Assembly: GCA_965204375.1 (NCBI GenBank)
Contig: OZ241986.1
Location: forward strand, 704,001 to 768,000
Length of the DNA: 64,000 bases
Direction of reading: 5' to 3'
Source: Candidatus Latescibacterota bacterium
GTDB taxonomy: Bacteria > Latescibacterota > UBA2968
Below, piece by piece: positions 46,455 through 56,838 of this stretch; the stretch's first letter is position 1, and the number at the start of each line of letters is the position of its first letter. The notes under the pieces were generated by a model. It was not told the origin of the DNA. It made no database searches and was given only the letters and a program-made list of their open reading frames with translations. The translations under genes were made by a program, and so were the position numbers.

Positions 46455-48899
46455 TTATCGCCTGAACTCCTTTACTTTTTTGCGAATTTTTGCCTCGACA
46501 TTTGCCGATAGAGGCCGAACGGGAATTTTTTCATCGCTGTGAGTAGCAATATCACCTGTGATGGATATTTCAAGACGCGGATGTTTGGGTACATAAGGTT
46601 CTTTTTCCAACATCGCATGTAACAAGACGAGGGCGGCTTCTTTGTCGGGAATCGTTCCTCTCGTATTGCCATCGTCGCCAGGAGGCAATGGCGCGCCCAC
46701 ACACGACGGACACCCCGCTTCACATTCGCATTCCGATACGACCATCCAACAGGCTGTTATGACATCTTCGATCATCTCATAAGCTTTTTCCGAAAAACCA
46801 ATGCCTCCCGGATGTCGGTCATATACAAATGCGGTCGGAAGCCCCGTATTGGAGCTATCTACTGTGGTGCCAATATCCATGACATCGCACATTGCAAACA
46901 GGGGGAGCACTTCTCCCATTACATTGGCAATGCCTTTGAGTCCCTCAGATGGCACGCGCCCATGGCTACGACACTGGTTTAGCCCTTTCTGGGGCGGTAC
47001 GACCCAGCAGGCGGCTGTATCGAGCTTGCGCTCTGGCAAATCGAGATTTTCCCAGCCAATGCTGTCGCGGTCTTCAAATTTCACTTTCTTAAACATCGTT
47101 ACCAGTGACGAGACAGAGACATCGCCAAAATATACGTCACTGACGCGCCAGGCGCCCGATATTTCGGTATTATTTACGACAATACTCGTCTCGTCAACTG
47201 CATGGGTATAATAGTCCAGTGCTTTTTGACTTACCCGTGCAATTTTGCGCTCTGTGTCGAGTTGATCGACAAAGTACGTCTGCCCATTGTGCAAATATAC
47301 AGCGTGTGTATGTATCTGAAAAAACGCGCTGATTTCATCCAGGGAACCGATTACCTGTGCATCGCCTTCTGTCTCGTCGATAATAGTATAGGTCGGATCG
47401 CTGATATTGCGCAGCCCGACCTCTGCTGCTGGATATCCCGATTGGCTGTAAAACCACTGCCCATTGAGCTGGCGCGTCATGCCTTCATCTGATAGAATCT
47501 CGAGTAGCGCACCCGTAAATTCTCCCATTACTTCGCCTTCTTCGCCCCGCACAGGCAGTTCTCGCAAAGCACACCGCAGATGTCCCACGACGAGATGCGG
47601 GTTGTTGGGATCAATAGTCGCGTGTTCGGGCGATTGTCCGAAAAAATAAGCCGGATCGCGCATCAAAAATTGATCGATGGGCGCATTGTGTGCCACAAAG
47701 ACCACCAGCGACTCTTCGGACTGCCGCCCCACACGTCCCGCTTGCTGCCACATGCTGGAAATACTGCCCGGGTATCCCACAATTAACGCGGCATCCAGGT
47801 CTCCAATATCAATCCCCAATTCCAGGGCATTGGTACTCACCACGCCGAGCAACTCACCTTCGAATAATTGCCGCTCAATTTCTCGCCGTTCTGCAGGCAG
47901 ATATCCACCGCGATAAGCGCGAATTGCGCCTGCCATCCGCTGGCTTACCAGTGACAGATCCTCTTGCACATAGCGATAGATCACTTCTGCAGATGTGCGC
48001 GCTCTCACAAACGCGATGGTTTGCACCCTGTTGTGGATGAGTTTGCCGAGCAACCAGCGCGCCTCGGTATTTGAACTGCGCCGATCACTCGTGGTGCCTT
48101 CCAGGAAAGGCGGATTCCAGAATGCAAAGTGGCGTCTGCCCCGCGGGGAGCCATCCCGATCAATCAGGGACATCGGCTGTCCGGTCAATGCTTCGGCGTG
48201 TTCTTTGGGATTTGCTATGGTCGCGGAGCAGCACACAAATTGTGGGGGCGTGCCATAGTGCGCGCAAATTCGCATCAAGCGGCGCAATACATTGGCTACA
48301 TGCGAGCCAAAGACCCCTCGATAAGTGTGTATTTCGTCGAGTACTACATAGCGCAAGTTTTGAAAAAAGCGCGCCCAGCGCGGGTGGTTGGGCAACACGC
48401 CCTGATGCAACATATCGGGATTGCTCAAGATTACCCGTCCTTCTTCGCGCAGTGTTTTGCGCTGGTTGGACGGCGTATCTCCGTCGTAAGTACCCAGAGA
48501 AAATTTCAATTGCTCGTTTAGTTCGCCAAACCGCGCCAGTCCTCGCGCCTGGTCCTGTGCCAGGGCTTTGGTCGGGAAGAGATAAAGCGCAGTCGCCTGC
48601 GGGTCAGATAGCAGTGCTTCCAGCGTGGGTATTTGATAACACAGAGTTTTCCCACTCGCCGTTGCCGTAACTACTACCACGCCTTCCCCGCGCCTCAGAG
48701 CGGCCAGAGCATCGGCCTGATGCGTATAGAGCCGATCAATGTCCTGCTGTTTCAAGGCGTTGGAGATCGCGGGATGCAGTGCGCGGTCATCATCGGCGAA
48801 TGTAGCTTCTTGCGCGGGTATGGTTTCTATATGAGCTACCTGACCGGCATACCCATAGTCGCGGCGAACATGTGCAATAAATTGATCAAAATTCATCAT
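46455..48899 (-). CDS. DEAD/DEAH helicase with DUF1998 zinc domain (MrfA/YprA/Hrq1-like)
   Basis: LYTHQ, TASGKT, PTKALAQDQ, DEIH, SATIAN, ALELGID, QQAGRVGR, CECEAGCPSC; start uncertain (48896-48923). Confidence 0.92.
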   Translation of the reverse strand: MMNFDQFIAHVRRDYGYAGQVAHIETIPAQEATFADDDRALHPAISNALKQQDIDRLYTHQADALAALRRGEGVVVVTATASGKTLCYQIPTLEALLSDPQATALYLFPTKALAQDQARGLARFGELNEQLKFSLGTYDGDTPSNQRKTLREEGRVILSNPDMLHQGVLPNHPRWARFFQNLRYVVLDEIHTYRGVFGSHVANVLRRLMRICAHYGTPPQFVCCSATIANPKEHAEALTGQPMSLIDRDGSPRGRRHFAFWNPPFLEGTTSDRRSSNTEARWLLGKLIHNRVQTIAFVRARTSAEVIYRYVQEDLSLVSQRMAGAIRAYRGGYLPAERREIERQLFEGELLGVVSTNALELGIDIGDLDAALIVGYPGSISSMWQQAGRVGRQSEESLVVFVAHNAPIDQFLMRDPAYFFGQSPEHATIDPNNPHLVVGHLRCALRELPVRGEEGEVMGEFTGALLEILSDEGMTRQLNGQWFYSQSGYPAAEVGLRNISDPTYTIIDETEGDAQVIGSLDEISAFFQIHTHAVYLHNGQTYFVDQLDTERKIARVSQKALDYYTHAVDETSIVVNNTEISGAWRVSDVYFGDVSVSSLVTMFKKVKFEDRDSIGWENLDLPERKLDTAACWVVPPQKGLNQCRSHGRVPSEGLKGIANVMGEVLPLFAMCDVMDIGTTVDSSNTGLPTAFVYDRHPGGIGFSEKAYEMIEDVITACWMVVSECECEAGCPSCVGAPLPPGDDGNTRGTIPDKEAALVLLHAMLEKEPYVPKHPRLEISITGDIATHSDEKIPVRPLSANVEAKIRKKVKEFRR

Positions 48900-49069
48900 G
48901 CGGGAAGGACTTTTGAATTCCAAAGGGAGAGAGAAAGGAAGTGAAAAAGAAAGAGGGAGGTACGATAGCTATAGAAATATAGCTGGAAGGTGAAAATGGG
49001 TCAACTTAAAAGAGGCGAATAGAAGGTGTGCATGCCCTGACAGTGTGCGAGGATGGGGGCCACCTATAA

Positions 49070-51871
49070 CTACAGAGCATGGGAGAGACGCAGGTATAAA
49101 TACCTCCCCAAGAAGTCGTAGGTATTGGCATCGGAAGTGCCGAGGAAACCATTGTATATCACTGCTGGTGCCTGATTGAGGATATTGTTTATTCCGATTG
49201 TGAGTAAGGAGTGACCAAAGGCTGTACCCAGTTGGTATGATCCATGCATACTAAAGATGCTGTTGGGACTAACTTTGCGACTCGGTGGTATTTCTGTCAC
49301 ATCCGGACGGTACTTGCCCTTGCAGTCGTCATCCTCGCATTCCTCGAATCCGCCTATGTATCGCCAGGTCAGCCCAATGGAAGAACGGTTACTCTCTACG
49401 CTAACTGAAGCGGCGTGACGCCAGCCTGGGAACACGCCCAGATCGTAGTAGCCCTTGCCTTTGACCAACTCTGAACCGTTGGCTGAAGGCAGGATCTGAT
49501 CGTAATTCACGAGCAGGTTGCTTTCTATTTGCGCCGAGACAATGCCCAGAGGTGAGTCAGTAGCGTAATGGAGTCCGATATCCATGCCGCTGGTTTCTGT
49601 TTCGCCAACATTGGTGTTGGGTGATGAGATAAAATTAATCAGTTTGGTTTTTGGGTCGCGCACGACTTGATCGCAGTTGGATGGCGTGTCCTGCGAGTAG
49701 CAATTACTTAATATGAGGCTGGCGGGTAACGCGCCGATCTCATTCGTGATCGCGCTGGTATAGTAATCGACAGTTATATCGAATCCATCCAGAAAGCCCG
49801 TCTGATAAACCAGACCTGCCGTGAGCATTGTGGCCTTTTCTGGATCGAGATCTGTGCTGCCACTGAACTGGGCTCGCAGTTGTGCCCGTGAATCCTCGAA
49901 GTCGGATGGAATGCCTTGGGCCGCGCAATTTCGCATTTGCTGAGCGGTTAACGCTCGGGCATTGCCCGCTTCATCGACTGCACTACATGGATCGCTGACC
50001 AGCGGGAAACCATCGCTGTTGCCAAGGAACATTTCGGCGATGCTGGGGGCGCGAAAAGCATTGGAGTATGTGGCACGAAATGCCAGCCCTTGAGGCAGTT
50101 CGAGACGAGTACCCGCTTTATAAGTGGAGCCAAAGCCGAACGAATCGTAGTGGAAAGAGCGCCCAGCGGTTATTAAATCGAGGCCGACTTCTCCCGCTTT
50201 GTAGAGCGGCAAATGGGCTTCCGCATACAAAGCCTTGACCGAGTACGCACCATCGGTGGGGGCCTCGTCACTACCGGTAGTATTTCCCGATGCGGTTATG
50301 GGATCGGGAAGATAGGCTCCCGCTTCCCAGCGTGAAGATAGACCTGCGGCTATGACCAGTGGACCAGCCGGGAGTTGCGCGATCTCTCCGGTCAGATTCC
50401 ACTGCAGGATTTGCTGTTGAGAGTAGCCTCTGGCGATACCGGTATATTGTATGTAGTCTAACATTTCTTGGGTGATTGTGCCTGCACCGTGGAGTATATC
50501 CAGCGACACGCAGTCGCCGGTACAATCCTCGTCTGGCCCTAATGCCCGAACAAGATTACTGATTATAAATCGGCCCTCGTTGACGCTGGTGCCTTCGCTG
50601 CGTCCGTAGGAAAAGGACAGGTCAGCGTCAAAGCCCATGAGCCGATGGTTCAATCCCAGGACCAGGCGATAGGTATCAATATCCTGGAGATAGTTGCGAT
50701 TGCCTGCTTCGAGAAAACGCCGCCGAACATCGATAAAATCACGGCCAAATTCGTTGTACCGGTTGGTAGATGACACGACGATGCCGTCGCTGATGGTAAA
50801 CAAAGGCGTCGGGGCCAGCTTTTGATCGGATTGGCGATTGGTGTACGATACCTCGAAGAAAGTTTTCGCATCTTCTGCGAATTTGTAAGCACCGCTGAGA
50901 AAGGAGCTGTAGCGTGTCTGTGGGGTGTAGAGGTAATTCTCCGGTTGATAATTGTACGTGTCACCGCTTCCATCAGAGGAGATTCCCGCCCAATTGAAGG
51001 GGCGCCAGCCGGTGTGTGGATCGAGGTGGTAATCACCGGCGTTCTCGCCAGCCGCCGCAACGACTGCCTGCCAGGCTTCGTTGCCCTCTGTACCCAGGCG
51101 GTCGATGATGTGGCCTTCCGGGGTGGCTGAACTGCCGTTTTTGTTATAGGTGCCGTCGTTTTTTCCCCAATCGTAGTTTTTGTCCGATACGCTGAAACTG
51201 CGGTCGCCGGTCCAGACGGGCTGCCGGTTGTGGTAACCGGCAGAAAACAGGATGTGGCCTTTTTCGCTCTGCAAACCGGCGGTTATGCTGAGGTCGCGGA
51301 CTTCGCCATCACCTGCACCTGAAATTCCCTCATAATAATCTATCTCTACCCCTTCCATATCTGACCGGGTGATGATATTGACCACGCCCCCAATAGCGTC
51401 TGATCCATATACGGCCGAGGCTCCATCCTTGAGTACTTCGACGCGTTCGATGACCGAAGTGGGAATAGAATTGAGATCAACGGATGAATTTGCGCCTGTT
51501 CCGCCCGGCACAAAGCGACGTCCGTTGACCAATACCAGAGTGCGATTAGAGCCGAGTCCGCGCAGATTAATCCGGGTAGAGCCATCACCGCCGTTGTTGG
51601 ACTGGGTATTGGTCGCGTTGGACTGTACTGTGAGTGTTTGTAGCACATCGCCAATGGAAGTCAATCCCCGCGCTTTGATTTCGTCACTGGATAGGACGAC
51701 GACTGGCGCTGGTGAAAGGCTTTCCGCACTTTTGATGCGGGAACCAGTTACGACAATCTCTTCAAATTCGTAGATTTTCGGCTCTTCTGGCGATTCTTTA
51801 ACATCCTCTGCGAATACTGGTATAATAAAGACGATAGCGATTATCTGCCAGAATATGTGCTTCACACTCAT
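49070..51871 (-). CDS. TonB-dependent receptor
   Basis: Signal peptide, EEIVVTGSRI, NLRGLG..RTLVLVNGRR, ERVEVLKDGASAVYGSDAIGGVVNII. Confidence 0.93.
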   Translation of the reverse strand: MSVKHIFWQIIAIVFIIPVFAEDVKESPEEPKIYEFEEIVVTGSRIKSAESLSPAPVVVLSSDEIKARGLTSIGDVLQTLTVQSNATNTQSNNGGDGSTRINLRGLGSNRTLVLVNGRRFVPGGTGANSSVDLNSIPTSVIERVEVLKDGASAVYGSDAIGGVVNIITRSDMEGVEIDYYEGISGAGDGEVRDLSITAGLQSEKGHILFSAGYHNRQPVWTGDRSFSVSDKNYDWGKNDGTYNKNGSSATPEGHIIDRLGTEGNEAWQAVVAAAGENAGDYHLDPHTGWRPFNWAGISSDGSGDTYNYQPENYLYTPQTRYSSFLSGAYKFAEDAKTFFEVSYTNRQSDQKLAPTPLFTISDGIVVSSTNRYNEFGRDFIDVRRRFLEAGNRNYLQDIDTYRLVLGLNHRLMGFDADLSFSYGRSEGTSVNEGRFIISNLVRALGPDEDCTGDCVSLDILHGAGTITQEMLDYIQYTGIARGYSQQQILQWNLTGEIAQLPAGPLVIAAGLSSRWEAGAYLPDPITASGNTTGSDEAPTDGAYSVKALYAEAHLPLYKAGEVGLDLITAGRSFHYDSFGFGSTYKAGTRLELPQGLAFRATYSNAFRAPSIAEMFLGNSDGFPLVSDPCSAVDEAGNARALTAQQMRNCAAQGIPSDFEDSRAQLRAQFSGSTDLDPEKATMLTAGLVYQTGFLDGFDITVDYYTSAITNEIGALPASLILSNCYSQDTPSNCDQVVRDPKTKLINFISSPNTNVGETETSGMDIGLHYATDSPLGIVSAQIESNLLVNYDQILPSANGSELVKGKGYYDLGVFPGWRHAASVSVESNRSSIGLTWRYIGGFEECEDDDCKGKYRPDVTEIPPSRKVSPNSIFSMHGSYQLGTAFGHSLLTIGINNILNQAPAVIYNGFLGTSDANTYDFLGRYLYLRLSHAL

Positions 51872-51902
51872 CTATACCTCGCGATTGGAGAATGACAATT
51901 TT

Positions 51903-52859
51903 TTAGCCACTGCACGCATACGCATCAAATACAATTTTTAAATCGCGTTTTGCGCGTGCAAAATCCGAATATGGCTGACGCGAGCGGTTTTGAAGGCAGG
52001 ACAAAAAATCAGCCATCATCGCGCGATAGCCCATCAAATCTTTTAGACCCGGCCAGAGAATTCGAAAGCCTTTCTGGGGTTTGCGAATATAGATGCCGTT
52101 GCTTTCAAAAACAATGCGTCCGTGTGATCCTTCGATATAAGAATGCTGAAAAACGCCTTTTGTCAAACTGGGTGTTTGCCACGAGTAATGCAATTCGCCA
52201 ATCGCGCCTGAGGGATAGACCATCCGCACGACAGATTCGCGCTCTGGTGTACCGCCGGAAGAGCCAGGGAATATCGCTTCGACCTGTTCGGGCACCGCAT
52301 TGAATAGATCTGAAATCAGGGCAATAAAATGAATACCGCCTTCCAACAAAGCACCATGAGCACTTTTCCATCCCTGCGCCTGCTGCGTTGTGAGCTTTTT
52401 CACAGAAACCGAACGCATTTCGCCGATATCGCCCTGAGCGACCATTTGCTTGATGTACGATAGTGAGAGTTTGTAATAATAATTCTCGGCGATCATCAAT
52501 AAGGGGTTCCCAACCCGTTCCAACACAGTCTCGATCTCGACAATTTCCTCTGGCGAGATGCACATCGGTTTTTCGACGAGTACGGCTTTGCCGGCTTCTA
52601 ATAATGCGATTATCTGGTCTTTGTGATGCTCTGGCGGGGAAGCGATTACTACGGCATCTACATCGCTTTCCAATACGGCGTTTAGGTCATCAAAGATGCC
52701 GTGCCCTCGGAATTTGGTATTAAATTTATACGCGCTTACCCGCGACCGACTGCAAAAATACAACGTCGCTCGCCATTGCAAATTTTTCGCATGAAGCGCT
52801 CCGATATTCCCACAACCCAGGATGCAGATACGCGGTTTTTTATACGTTAGATGATTCAT
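51903..52859 (-). CDS. Gfo/Idh/MocA oxidoreductase
   Basis: ILGCGNIG, VLVEKPM, LLEGGIH. Confidence 0.9.
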   Translation of the reverse strand: MNHLTYKKPRICILGCGNIGALHAKNLQWRATLYFCSRSRVSAYKFNTKFRGHGIFDDLNAVLESDVDAVVIASPPEHHKDQIIALLEAGKAVLVEKPMCISPEEIVEIETVLERVGNPLLMIAENYYYKLSLSYIKQMVAQGDIGEMRSVSVKKLTTQQAQGWKSAHGALLEGGIHFIALISDLFNAVPEQVEAIFPGSSGGTPERESVVRMVYPSGAIGELHYSWQTPSLTKGVFQHSYIEGSHGRIVFESNGIYIRKPQKGFRILWPGLKDLMGYRAMMADFLSCLQNRSRQPYSDFARAKRDLKIVFDAYACSG

Positions 52860-52877
52860 TTTTGATTGTTCTAACGT

Positions 52878-53267
52878 TTATACCTGCTGTCCAAGGCAAT
52901 AGCACAACCCGTCCGGTGCAATAACAAAGAATATGCGGAAGGATTTATCACCGTGTTGGTCGATTCGATAATCGGGGTCATCGTTTTCCAGTCCATTATT
53001 CTTCAATTCGTTAAAGGCGATTTCGACATCGTCTACTTCAAAAAAACAACCCTCTTGAGTCGGATCACCACCATTTTCTGCCAATCCTATCTGGATATCG
53101 TCTCTTGCGAGAATAGCGGATTTACAGGGCGCATCCTGCCGAGATACGACCTGAAATCCCATGATTGTTTCGTAAAAAGGGATAGCTTCTTTTAGGTTCT
53201 CAACAGGGAGGTTCAGGGCGTCTTGCATATAGGGCGAGGCAGTTTTGAATACGGTTTTGGTTTTCAT
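52878..53267 (-). CDS. VOC/glyoxalase family protein
   Basis: LPVENL.EAIPFYETIMGF, FFEVDDVE, FFVIAPDG. Confidence 0.85.
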   Translation of the reverse strand: MKTKTVFKTASPYMQDALNLPVENLKEAIPFYETIMGFQVVSRQDAPCKSAILARDDIQIGLAENGGDPTQEGCFFEVDDVEIAFNELKNNGLENDDPDYRIDQHGDKSFRIFFVIAPDGLCYCLGQQV

Positions 53268-53289
53268 ACTTACTCCTTATAGATTGTGC

Positions 53290-53688
53290 CTATACGAATA
53301 CTGAGGGTGAGACACCGAATCGTTCGGACAAAGCACGTATTTGGCGGATGTTCAGCTTCCGCTTCCCGCCCAAAATTTCTGAAACTACTCCTTGCGATCC
53401 TACCTCTGGCAAATTCGATTGAGTCAATTCATGTTCTTCCATGAGGAATCGAAGTGAATCCACACCCTCTGACCTGGGTATGGGATGGTGTTGTTCCTCC
53501 CATGCGTGAACAACAGCACCCAGTGTATCGAGTAAAGAATAAAGAGGGTGTTGCTCATCAGTACCCACCTCATCGATCAGGTCGTTGAGACGCTCCAGTG
53601 CCAGATTATAGTCCCGCTCGTCCTGAATCTCGAGTAAAGGACTCACTTGCGTCCAGGATTGCTGAAGCTGTGGGGTAATAGTACTCAT
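53290..53688 (-). CDS. higA: HigA-type HTH antitoxin (no cognate toxin adjacent)
   Basis: MSTITP start at 53688; LRFLMEEHELTQSNLPEVGSQGVVSEILGGKRKLN. Confidence 0.85.
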   Translation of the reverse strand: MSTITPQLQQSWTQVSPLLEIQDERDYNLALERLNDLIDEVGTDEQHPLYSLLDTLGAVVHAWEEQHHPIPRSEGVDSLRFLMEEHELTQSNLPEVGSQGVVSEILGGKRKLNIRQIRALSERFGVSPSVFV

Positions 53689-55523
53689 GTCATCCAAGCT
53701 GTGGCTCGGGCTGTCCCTTCCGCGGGCACATCCACCCGCACGGTCAGCACGGTATATTTCCCATTGTCGCTGGTGATCATTGTTTCCAGACGTCCGCCAT
53801 CCACTGCGTAAGCTCCTGCTGGTAGCACAAATGTCACCCGGCAATCGGGAAATGTGTCTTTCAGCATATTGGTCACTGTGGCCGTCACTTTGTCGTGTTC
53901 CCCGTCGTTATCCGGATCATATGTCACGCTAAGTGGCGGTGGCCCCGCTCGATCAAAAGGAATGGGAGCAACAGCATCTCCACGATAGGTCGCCGATGCT
54001 ACATGACCGTCTTTAAAACGCACCACCCGAAAACTGCTGCTGTTGATCTTGCCCACCCGCGTCGTGGGTGTGGCTCCAATGGTCATCACCTTCTCTCCTG
54101 GACCATGCGCGTCGTGGATCAACTTTATCTTATGCCTATCCAGAAATGTCTCTACTGGCGCATTGTGCTCGAATGCGTTGATTATCTTGATCTTAGCCTG
54201 CGCTCGCGAGGACAAAAGTGCGTCGGCTTGCGATAGATCTACATGCCAGGGATGCCCGAAATTCAGGATGCATAGGTCTGGACCATAATCGGTGATTCCC
54301 ACCTGATCTCCATACCACTTCTCGTGTCCATAAAATTGATGATTGCCGAATGTAATCACATAGGGCATCTCCAGTACCAGGTGTGATCCTGAGATATATG
54401 CCGGATTTACAGCATTGCTGATCAGGACCATATCCGGTGCGATCAGGTTGGCGATCTCCGCCAGCCGTCTCTCGTACTCTGCCTGATATTGTCCCTGTGT
54501 ATCCAGGTGTCCAAACGTCATAAATACCGGATCTTTCGGATAGTCTCGAACGACGTACACGCTTCTGGGAGATTGTCGCGTGAAATCTCCCCGTGAGCCG
54601 GACACCTTTATCGATAGATCGTATAATCCCGGTGGTATGTCTTGAGATAGCTTTACCGTACCTTCCCGGTCATAATAAAACTTCGCACTCGAATCTTCTT
54701 CAAACGCCACTGTGCGTGAGATCGTGGCTGGTCCAATCCGACGCGACAACTTCACTTGCCCTATCGTGTGATCGTAGGCCCCCAACCGCACCCGAAAAGA
54801 TTCTTTGGGCCGACGGATGGTCGGGTGCCCCAGAACCGGGAATCGGACGCCTTGTGGTATGGTCTCCGAATTTTGGTGCAGATACACCGGCGGCAGGCGC
54901 GTTTCTTTTTCTTTTTGGATCGCGATTCCTTCTATTTTTTTAGATGTCCATCCGCACGCAACCAATTCCAGTGAATATCCCTTTCCTGCGGGTAGGCCGG
55001 TCAGACGGCATGCCCCCGACAGCCAATTCCGTACCAGCGCGTTTCGCACTATTTGATTTCCCTGACGTACCACCGCTCGTGCATCTACGAAGAAGCCATT
55101 TTCCTCACCGTTGAGTACAAATGACAGCTCTCCAGAATGCTCTGCCAGAACTCGAAATCCAGATATACGGCAGCCCATCTCGCCCCTATTCTGACGATGA
55201 TCAATGCGTACCCGGTGTTTTCCTTGTGCCAGTTCCCTCGCCAGTACCACCTCTTGTGCTTCGTTACCCGGATACAAGATGTGCGGGCTTCCATCATCCA
55301 CTGTCACAATTAGCTTTCCCAGAGAAGGTTTTCCGTAGGCCGATACGGCATGCTGCCCCAGACCAAGTGCCACTCCTGTACCGGTAAATTCAAACGTCAA
55401 GGCAGCGCCATTATCCTCCGTCTCCAGACAGGCTGTCCTGGCATACCGGAACTGGCTCTCCCACCACGTACCCGACCGCAGCACACGGGCTGTATCCAGA
55501 GCTGATACCCACTCCTTACTCAT
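53685..55523 (-). CDS. Hypothetical protein with degenerate calcineurin-like phosphoesterase domain
   Basis: Beta-rich N-terminus; FMTFGHLD, DMVLISN, FGNHQ and DAHG at metallophosphoesterase motif positions. Confidence 0.55.
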   Translation of the reverse strand: MSKEWVSALDTARVLRSGTWWESQFRYARTACLETEDNGAALTFEFTGTGVALGLGQHAVSAYGKPSLGKLIVTVDDGSPHILYPGNEAQEVVLARELAQGKHRVRIDHRQNRGEMGCRISGFRVLAEHSGELSFVLNGEENGFFVDARAVVRQGNQIVRNALVRNWLSGACRLTGLPAGKGYSLELVACGWTSKKIEGIAIQKEKETRLPPVYLHQNSETIPQGVRFPVLGHPTIRRPKESFRVRLGAYDHTIGQVKLSRRIGPATISRTVAFEEDSSAKFYYDREGTVKLSQDIPPGLYDLSIKVSGSRGDFTRQSPRSVYVVRDYPKDPVFMTFGHLDTQGQYQAEYERRLAEIANLIAPDMVLISNAVNPAYISGSHLVLEMPYVITFGNHQFYGHEKWYGDQVGITDYGPDLCILNFGHPWHVDLSQADALLSSRAQAKIKIINAFEHNAPVETFLDRHKIKLIHDAHGPGEKVMTIGATPTTRVGKINSSSFRVVRFKDGHVASATYRGDAVAPIPFDRAGPPPLSVTYDPDNDGEHDKVTATVTNMLKDTFPDCRVTFVLPAGAYAVDGGRLETMITSDNGKYTVLTVRVDVPAEGTARATAWMT

Positions 55524-55541
55524 TGGTGTTCACCCCCCTCA

Positions 55542-56429
55542 TTAGACCTCTCTCGTAACAACATTCAGATCCCATTTCTGCCAGTAATATCTCACCGGGT
55601 CGCTCGCGTCCCATTTTTCGTACACATCTTCCCAGGTCAGCCAATTCATGTGCGGTTGTAGCGAATCCTCTCGAACCGGATGACTTCGCGGTTGATACCG
55701 ATAATCAGATGAAATTCGCAGACGGTCTGCAGACTCGTTATCGCGCCCTTGATGAATGGTCAGGCTGTGTAGAATAATCACGTCACCGCACATATAATCT
55801 CCGCCGACCCAGACGGAATCCTCTTCGACGGGAACTTGACGGCCACCCGGTCCCATGCCTTCGGATGTCTCCAGTTTCCCGCGTCGGTGAGATCCGCGTG
55901 CGACGGCAAGTCCACCGAGTTCCTCTGGACAGTCACCATAGGGGATCCAGGCTGTCCAGGTCTCGTCCGATCCCCCGATGAAGTAATTGTCCTGGTGCGG
56001 TGGGGTCGAATGGGTATCCGTATCGGGGAAGACAAGGCGGCAAATGTTTCGGCTGTGCGGGAGCACCTGTTCGCCGAATAGAACTTCAAACGCCCGAATC
56101 AGAGGGGGGGCGAGTGCGAGTGCGTGAAAGTCTCTAATTTTCTGTACATCACCATAAAATGCCTGCCAGCGCGGGTCTCTGCTCTCGACGACCTGAATGT
56201 CGGGTTTTGCAATGCCCGCTGTCAGTTCGGATCCGTCCGCCAGCCACCCGTGATCCCGGCAGACACCGAGAATCTGGTGCCGAACCTCGAGTACACGTTC
56301 CGGATTGAGCAGGTTGCGAAAGAACAGATATCCGTTCTCCTGTGCCTGTTGTCGAAGCGCTTCAGGATCCTGCAACAGATCCGTCGCGTCCTCAAGTGCC
56401 TCAATCTGTTTCATTTCAATCATCGCCAT
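55542..56429 (-). CDS. PhyH family dioxygenase
   Basis: ENGYLFFR, TPPHQD, WTAWIP.GD, GSH, TIHQG, RISSDYRYQ. Confidence 0.9.
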   Translation of the reverse strand: MAMIEMKQIEALEDATDLLQDPEALRQQAQENGYLFFRNLLNPERVLEVRHQILGVCRDHGWLADGSELTAGIAKPDIQVVESRDPRWQAFYGDVQKIRDFHALALAPPLIRAFEVLFGEQVLPHSRNICRLVFPDTDTHSTPPHQDNYFIGGSDETWTAWIPYGDCPEELGGLAVARGSHRRGKLETSEGMGPGGRQVPVEEDSVWVGGDYMCGDVIILHSLTIHQGRDNESADRLRISSDYRYQPRSHPVREDSLQPHMNWLTWEDVYEKWDASDPVRYYWQKWDLNVVTREV

Positions 56430-56468
56430 TATGATGGTCTCCTTTTTCTGAACGAGTTGGAACTCGCG

Positions 56469-56825
56469 TCAGGGGGCCAACTCCTGAATTTCGTCTGGCT
56501 CAGGTATGGATGTGAATTGGACAGCTTTTATGGTTTTACGGCCTTGAAGGATCGCTTTGCACAGGCGATGGCCGCCGTCCATGAGTGAGCCATCTGCATT
56601 TAGAATGATAGGATATTTTAGGGAAGCGTTGTTAATTTTTTCACAATGTCGCACGATTTCTCTTAATGTAGGTTTTTTTTCTCCAAACCAACAGTCTTTG
56701 TCCAACTCTTTAATTGATGATACTTCAATTTCAAATGGAGAAAGATCTCTGGATAGCATCCAGAGTTTTTCGGTGTACCACACGAGCCGTTTGCCATCGC
56801 GTATTGTACTGTGTTTCTGTGGCAC
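56469..56825 (-). CDS. Stand-alone ParB/Sulfiredoxin-like domain protein
   Basis: YPIIL..DG.LMDGGHRLCKA. Confidence 0.7.
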   Translation of the reverse strand: MPQKHSTIRDGKRLVWYTEKLWMLSRDLSPFEIEVSSIKELDKDCWFGEKKPTLREIVRHCEKINNASLKYPIILNADGSLMDGGHRLCKAILQGRKTIKAVQFTSIPEPDEIQELAP

Positions 56826-56838
56826 GATTCCTCCTTTT

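Noticed and set aside
46455-48899. DUF1998 helicase as part of DISARM/Druantia/Dpd
   Set aside because: It is a single MrfA/Hrq1-type polypeptide among housekeeping genes, with no methylase, SNF2 or PLD partners.
53689-53844. Extended 184-aa version of HigA
   Set aside because: The extension overlaps the upstream gene; ATG 53688 gives a typical HigA length with ATGA coupling.
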